NCBI GenBank assembly: GCA_010909165.1
Contig: MU008180.1
Span: 557,884 to 621,883 of the forward strand
Source of the DNA: Anthoceros angustus
Taxonomy: Eukaryota; Plantae; Anthocerotophyta
Reading direction: 5' to 3'
DNA: 64,000 nt
Position numbers and translations under genes: made by a program. The notes below the pieces were generated by a model. That model saw only the letters and a program-made list of their open reading frames with translations, had not been told where the DNA came from and ran no database searches. Shown piece by piece: positions 59,316-64,000 of the stretch. Numbering within the stretch: position 1 is the first letter of the stretch; the number at the start of each line of letters is the position of its first letter.

Positions 59316-60033
59316 TGTTGGACCTCGGCCGGATGTATAAGAGACCCTTTGGGTGTCTCTCAAAGATGATTTCAGTGTGAACTTCCGTGTATCGAATCCT
59401 CGTGTGGGGTTGATTGGAGACGCTCGTCAAGATCAAGCGCGCGCACTGCCTTCTCACAAGAAGACCGGGAAGATCCTGGATAGTCGAGGCGAGTGGCCAA
59501 GCTCACGCCCGGGGACGAATGGTGAGGGGCGCCCAACATGCGCGAGAAGGGGCAAGGGTTGCTGCGGAAAGTCGGGTGAGATCGGCAGTGAATCGCCTGG
59601 CATCGACTGCAGTTTCCTCGCCTCCTTCCAACAAGCTGCCCATCGAGCGTGTTTAATTCTATGAGGAGGGGTCTGTGTGGCCCGTGGTGAGGTCTGTGGC
59701 ACAGGAAAAGGAGAGAGACGGGTATACATGTGCGGTGAGAGGTTCTCGGAAGAAGAGGGTGAGTATGCTGTGGTAAGGGAAATTGTGGTTGCGTTTTGAG
59801 GAAACGCGGAGTAATAGAAAGAGGGGGGGGGGAAAAGCGAGGAGTGAGACCAGTAGGGGTCGACACCGGGCGAGTCGTCGCGGCATTCCTGATCAGAGTG
59901 CCTAATTCCCGGGAAGTTCTGAGCACGGACCCCCCTAGGAGTGAATTAGAGTAGATGTGAGTCTATGTGTGCGTGTGTGTGTGGGAAGACCTGACCCTCG
60001 GAGACCCGTCAGGCCGGGTGGCAGGTAGTCACA
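59316..60033. mobile_element. Possible LTR-like fragment
   Basis: TGTTGG...GTCACA segment preceded by purine-rich aaagagaagtga. No partner LTR or TSD in the window. Confidence 0.25.
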
Positions 60034-60076
60034 GCGCCGTGCGTGCGTGGGCGCCCGATGGTTGAGTCAACCATCG

Positions 60077-60203
60077 CGGTGGCGAACGCCACCACGGTGG
60101 CGAGCAGCGCCACCACGGTGGCGAACGCGCCACCACGGTGGCGAGCAGCGCCACTCACGGTGGCGAACAGCGCCACTCACGGTGGCGAGTCCTCCACGGT
60201 GGT
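60077..60203. repeat. ~20-bp tandem repeat of GC hairpins GGTGGCG-N2-5-CGCCAC
   Basis: Five full hairpin units and partial ones, separated by (T)CAC. Confidence 0.9.
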
Positions 60204-61139
60204 CGGTTCCGTAGAGTGGGTGGTTCGTAGGGTAAACGCTTGTGGTAGGTTAGACAATCGAGATTAGCTCATCTTGACACAAAACCATTCCCTTGGGATC
60301 GAATCCTAGGACTATAACGACATAGAGGGTAAATGTGGCCTCCTTGCGTCTTTGGATGCAAAAAACCCATTCCATAGGGAGTGTACTATAGGTCTTTTTT
60401 TAGGCACATGAGAATTTTTCCGGGTAGGTCGAGACCGGGACATCGGAATGGGAAACGGATCCCATACATGATTCCTGTGATAAATAATGGGTTGAGTGTC
60501 CATGGAAACTAGATCCAACCTAGAGACCTTTTACTTCTAATTTTCAAAAGGCATCCCATGGCGGTTTGCGGTGCCTACCTCGTCTTCTTGGCCACACGTC
60601 TCCTTGCCCGCTCTTCTTCTTTCTCCGTGCTTGGGACTTTTCTTGTAGATCCACTCACCATGTGGCCGCTTAGTTTACAACCAATACCAGGAGGACCACA
60701 GCGCTCAACACCATCTGTCATCGTAGGGAATCATCGCTTTAGTCTGCACCAAGTATTCACCACAACAGGACCAAATTTGAAATACTTCTCAAATCCTTGT
60801 TCCTGGTCATTTCCATGGCATAGCAAAGAGGACAGAGGGGACAGGGCACATATTTTTTCACACCAAACTTTTCTCCGAGCCATACGTTTGCCTACATGCT
60901 ATATTGTGTCCGCTTTGGTAATTGGCGGAACCGAGGATGCCCAAAGTGGATGCACCAAAGCAGCCACTTTGAAGCATATACACAAACCAAACCCAACCTC
61001 TTTTTTTAGGCACCGAACTTCCTTCCGTGCACTCGGTTCAAGTTTTATCTTTGCAGACCGAAGTTGTAGCATGAGTGAGCGGGCTGAGTTTTCGAGAAAC
61101 TCGGCCCTCTAGCACCCTTCACTTCAACCCTTCCACGAG

Positions 61140-61450
61140 GCTGGCGGGGCGACCAGTCGGGGCCGGGTTGGGGTAGGCTTGGGCGGGCACTCGCGGCTGC
61201 GGATTGGGGTAGCAGGTTGGGGCGGGGCTGCGGGTTGGGGTAGGCACAGAGGCGGCGAGCAGTCGCGACTACGGATTGGGGTAGCAGGTTGGGGCGGGCT
61301 GCGGGTTGGGGTAGGCTCGCGGGCGATCGCGATTAGGGCAGCAAATTGGGGCGGGCTGCAAGCTGGGGTAGACTTGGGCATGTAGTTGCGGGTTGGCGGC
61401 GAGTTAGGGGCGGGCTGGATGGGGCGGCAGGTTGGGGTGGCCACTTGGGG
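61140..61450. repeat. GC-rich degenerate repeat (gcggattggggtagcaggttggggcggg units); Pro-rich if read on the minus strand
   Basis: Repeated GGTTGGGGTAG and GGGCGG motifs inside a degraded coding-like region (60560-62350). Confidence 0.7.
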
Positions 61451-62634
61451 GGGAGCTTTTGAGCTTTATAGAACAGGAAGAAACAAGATCGTGCTCATAA
61501 CGAGGAGACATCGGTAAGAACGGCAGAAAAGGCTTCGAGCATGCAAGGCGGGTAGGCCAGACCCGCAGGATGCCGAGGACCCCGCAGCCACAGCTTGAAA
61601 AGGCTTCAGCTTTTCTCTCCACTTTTGCAACTCATCCTCGCTAAGGCAACCTCCAATAGAGGGACCTACATTGGTGAATTGTTTCACATTCTCCTTTGCC
61701 AAGTCTGCACTTGGCTTCTCTGGTGCCTCTTTTGCCCAAGCACAGCAAGCAGATCAAAACTTCGAGGGTGGAAGCCACTGTAAAAGAATTGAAGCAACAC
61801 TCAAAACACGAATAGCAGATGGCAACTATCTAGGTGACACAACAAAGGATTCCTCACCTTGATAATATCCTCATATTGATACATGGACAACAATTCTATA
61901 CCCAACTTCTTAGCAGAAGTCCCCAAATTCAGGTAGTCAGTAGAAAGTTCGGCCGCCATGTAATTGCATTGAACAAAAGAGAATCTTATTTTCAGAGAGA
62001 CTATGAAAACATAGGTCACAGTCTCTAAAACCATAGTGATTCTTGTTTTCAGGTTGACACTTTTGAAAGCACCTTTGAAAGAGAGACACGTTTGAAAGAA
62101 AAGAGAGTGTCTGACCACTTTGGTGCATGACCGCTCTTGGTGAGGGCGCCAAAGCGGACATATGAGCATGTGTGATGAGGTAGCACATCCGTACTAGATT
62201 CGTTAGTATATTCGTATAGATGTCTACATATTTTAGCATATTGTTCGAGTTGCCATGCATTTCCAATAGCATGATTTCCAACATGCTTGGCTTTCGGACT
62301 CTACTGGTGATTTTAGGTCCTCGCATCATGGAGCCTAGCTCCTTCTTCTTCCCACAGTTTGTCCTATGCTGTGCTGGTATGAGCTGTTCCCTATTCCTTT
62401 TCTATTAAATCTAAGCTTTCTCTTGTTTGATAGAGCACAATATTTTCTTAAATTCTATGGACTAAATTAAAATAGGTAAATAAGTTAAAGAAGATGTAAA
62501 TTTACCCTTCCTTACAAGGAACGCAAAAAAGATTCACATTATACCTACCTATAATTAGTTGGAGGGGAATCCACTTTCCTTCCGCTGGTATGGGGGATGG
62601 AAAGTTTTCCCCACCTCTGCATTTCTGATCGACG

Positions 62635-64000
62635 ATGGCTGTGATGCGAGCTCGAGTGCTGATCCTCTGTGCCCTACGTAAGTCCATCTTCACTGCAAAT
62701 TGTACATTCGGCTTCTCTTTCGTGGCTCCACGTCTTGCGTTGCAGGTTCTTGTGTTGGGCCGGTCGAATTTTGCAGTGCTCAAAGTTCTTGGCTCTCGGC
62801 GGATTGTTGCAGGATCTCGAGCCGTGCGTACAAATTGTTGGCACTGCCAAGTCCAGCCACTCGGGGCTCACCATTTGTATGTGGCACCTGAGGACCAAAG
62901 CCAGTTGAAAGACCGGCAGAGTTCACCTGAAGGCCAGGTCGCGCAAGCTGGCGGGTCTGGCCGTGACAACCCTTCTTATGATAAAGAGCTTGTTAAGCAT
63001 GGCGCCAAGGATGCAAGCAAATGGGGAGAGCAGCTGGCGTGGATCACCAGCATTATGGAGCCTGTGCTGAAGCTTTATCGGCGCGCTTTGCCGCCAGGCA
63101 TGCCACCAACTTGTTTGCACCTGCTTGCATCCTACCATGTGGCACTCGTTTATGGTCTCTCCCGGTTGTCCTCGATAACAGGTCTTGTGGGCCAAAGGAG
63201 AGGCACATTCTTAAGTTGCTCAGCTTCAACTGCGTTCTTTCTATGATGTGCGGGTTTGTGATTCCAATTATGTGCTGGGTAGGTGCAATTGAAAGAAACA
63301 AGGGGCCAGCTAGTACAAGATCTCTTGTGGATATCGCCGCAAGCCTCCATAGGAGCTCTGCTGGCATGCAGAACTGGAGTCTTGCTGATCTTACGCTGGG
63401 CCTGTACCTACTTTCTGTGCGTCATGACACAGAGACGGTGGCTGACACCATACCTGGTGTCGAAGTGACATCAGATCTCGTGGTAATGACCACTTTCGAG
63501 AAGACAGGAAACATGCCTAGCCATACCTTCTTGGTGCATCATGCACGAGTTGTCCTCTGCTGATATGTTGTCCCAAATCGCTGTTGCATGGTTTGCATGG
63601 CTATGGTCCGTTGTAGCTGTGCCTGCTGTATGCCTTGGAACAGCAAAAGCTTCAGATGGCCTTCTCAACTCTGTGGATCATGTTGGTACAGGTCCTGGAG
63701 TGCATCTATCATGTTGAACTGGCCAAGGGAGCCTATGCCAAAAATGTCGCTGGGCTTGCTCGGTCCTGCATGCTCCGTGAATGCAACGTTGTCAAGTTTG
63801 TGGGAGAAGCCAGTGTTATGCGGCCTGCATACTACATTGGTCTTGATACCCGGCACAAGCTAGTAGTTATGGGCATCCGAGGGACACATTCAGTCCACGA
63901 TGTCATCACGGATCTGGCTTCTCATGGTGACCACTCGGCGACCTTTGAAGGGGGAAGTGTGCATTATGGCAGTGCAGAGGCCGCACGCTGGTTCCTGCAA
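62635..64000 (+). CDS. Class 3 lipase / diacylglycerol lipase-like protein (5' part, runs off the window)
   Basis: NWSLADLTLGLYLL...IYHVELAKGAY...MLRECNVVKF...SVMRPAYYIGLDTRHKLVVMGIRGTHSVHDVITD...VHYGSAEAARWFL. Start codon and first exons uncertain. Confidence 0.88.

Noticed and set aside
13771-62521. 10-bp inverted match (gttccttgta / tacaaggaac) bracketing the whole TE island
   Set aside because: Too short, does not extend, and has no TSD; compatible with chance.
63090-63285. GC-AG intron in the lipase gene
   Set aside because: A same-phase GT donor exists at ~63182, so this cannot be decided without transcripts.

Overview
Eukaryotic plant-lineage DNA with short GT-AG introns. A dynein roadblock light chain suggests a lineage with flagellated cells (bryophyte, lycophyte, fern or streptophyte alga); this is an inference. 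Bases 1-13.3 kb are a compact gene block: unknown CDS end, PhoD-like phosphatase, YbaK-domain protein, dynein light chain roadblock, RPL14, an unknown membrane protein, and an MBD-like/RGG/AT-hook/PHD protein. Bases ~14-62.4 kb are a transposon island, and a class-3 lipase starts at 62.6 kb. Most of the island resolves into one Sola2-like DDD DNA transposon (imperfect TIRs at 16728 and 58729; ~10 kb once insertions are removed). It carries a transposase and a convergent second gene with a RING-H2 finger, and introns of both genes are enriched in TGGTCAC. Nested inside are a gag-only Copia, a 14.5-kb CCCTA-ended CACTA element, and a TA...CA Copia that itself holds a gag-less Copia. An internal duplication supplies the empty sites for two of these insertions. 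TE ORFs are full of small indels concentrated at CHG/CG sites, possibly base-calling errors on methylated DNA rather than decay. All family calls are from motif recognition by eye; no searches were run.
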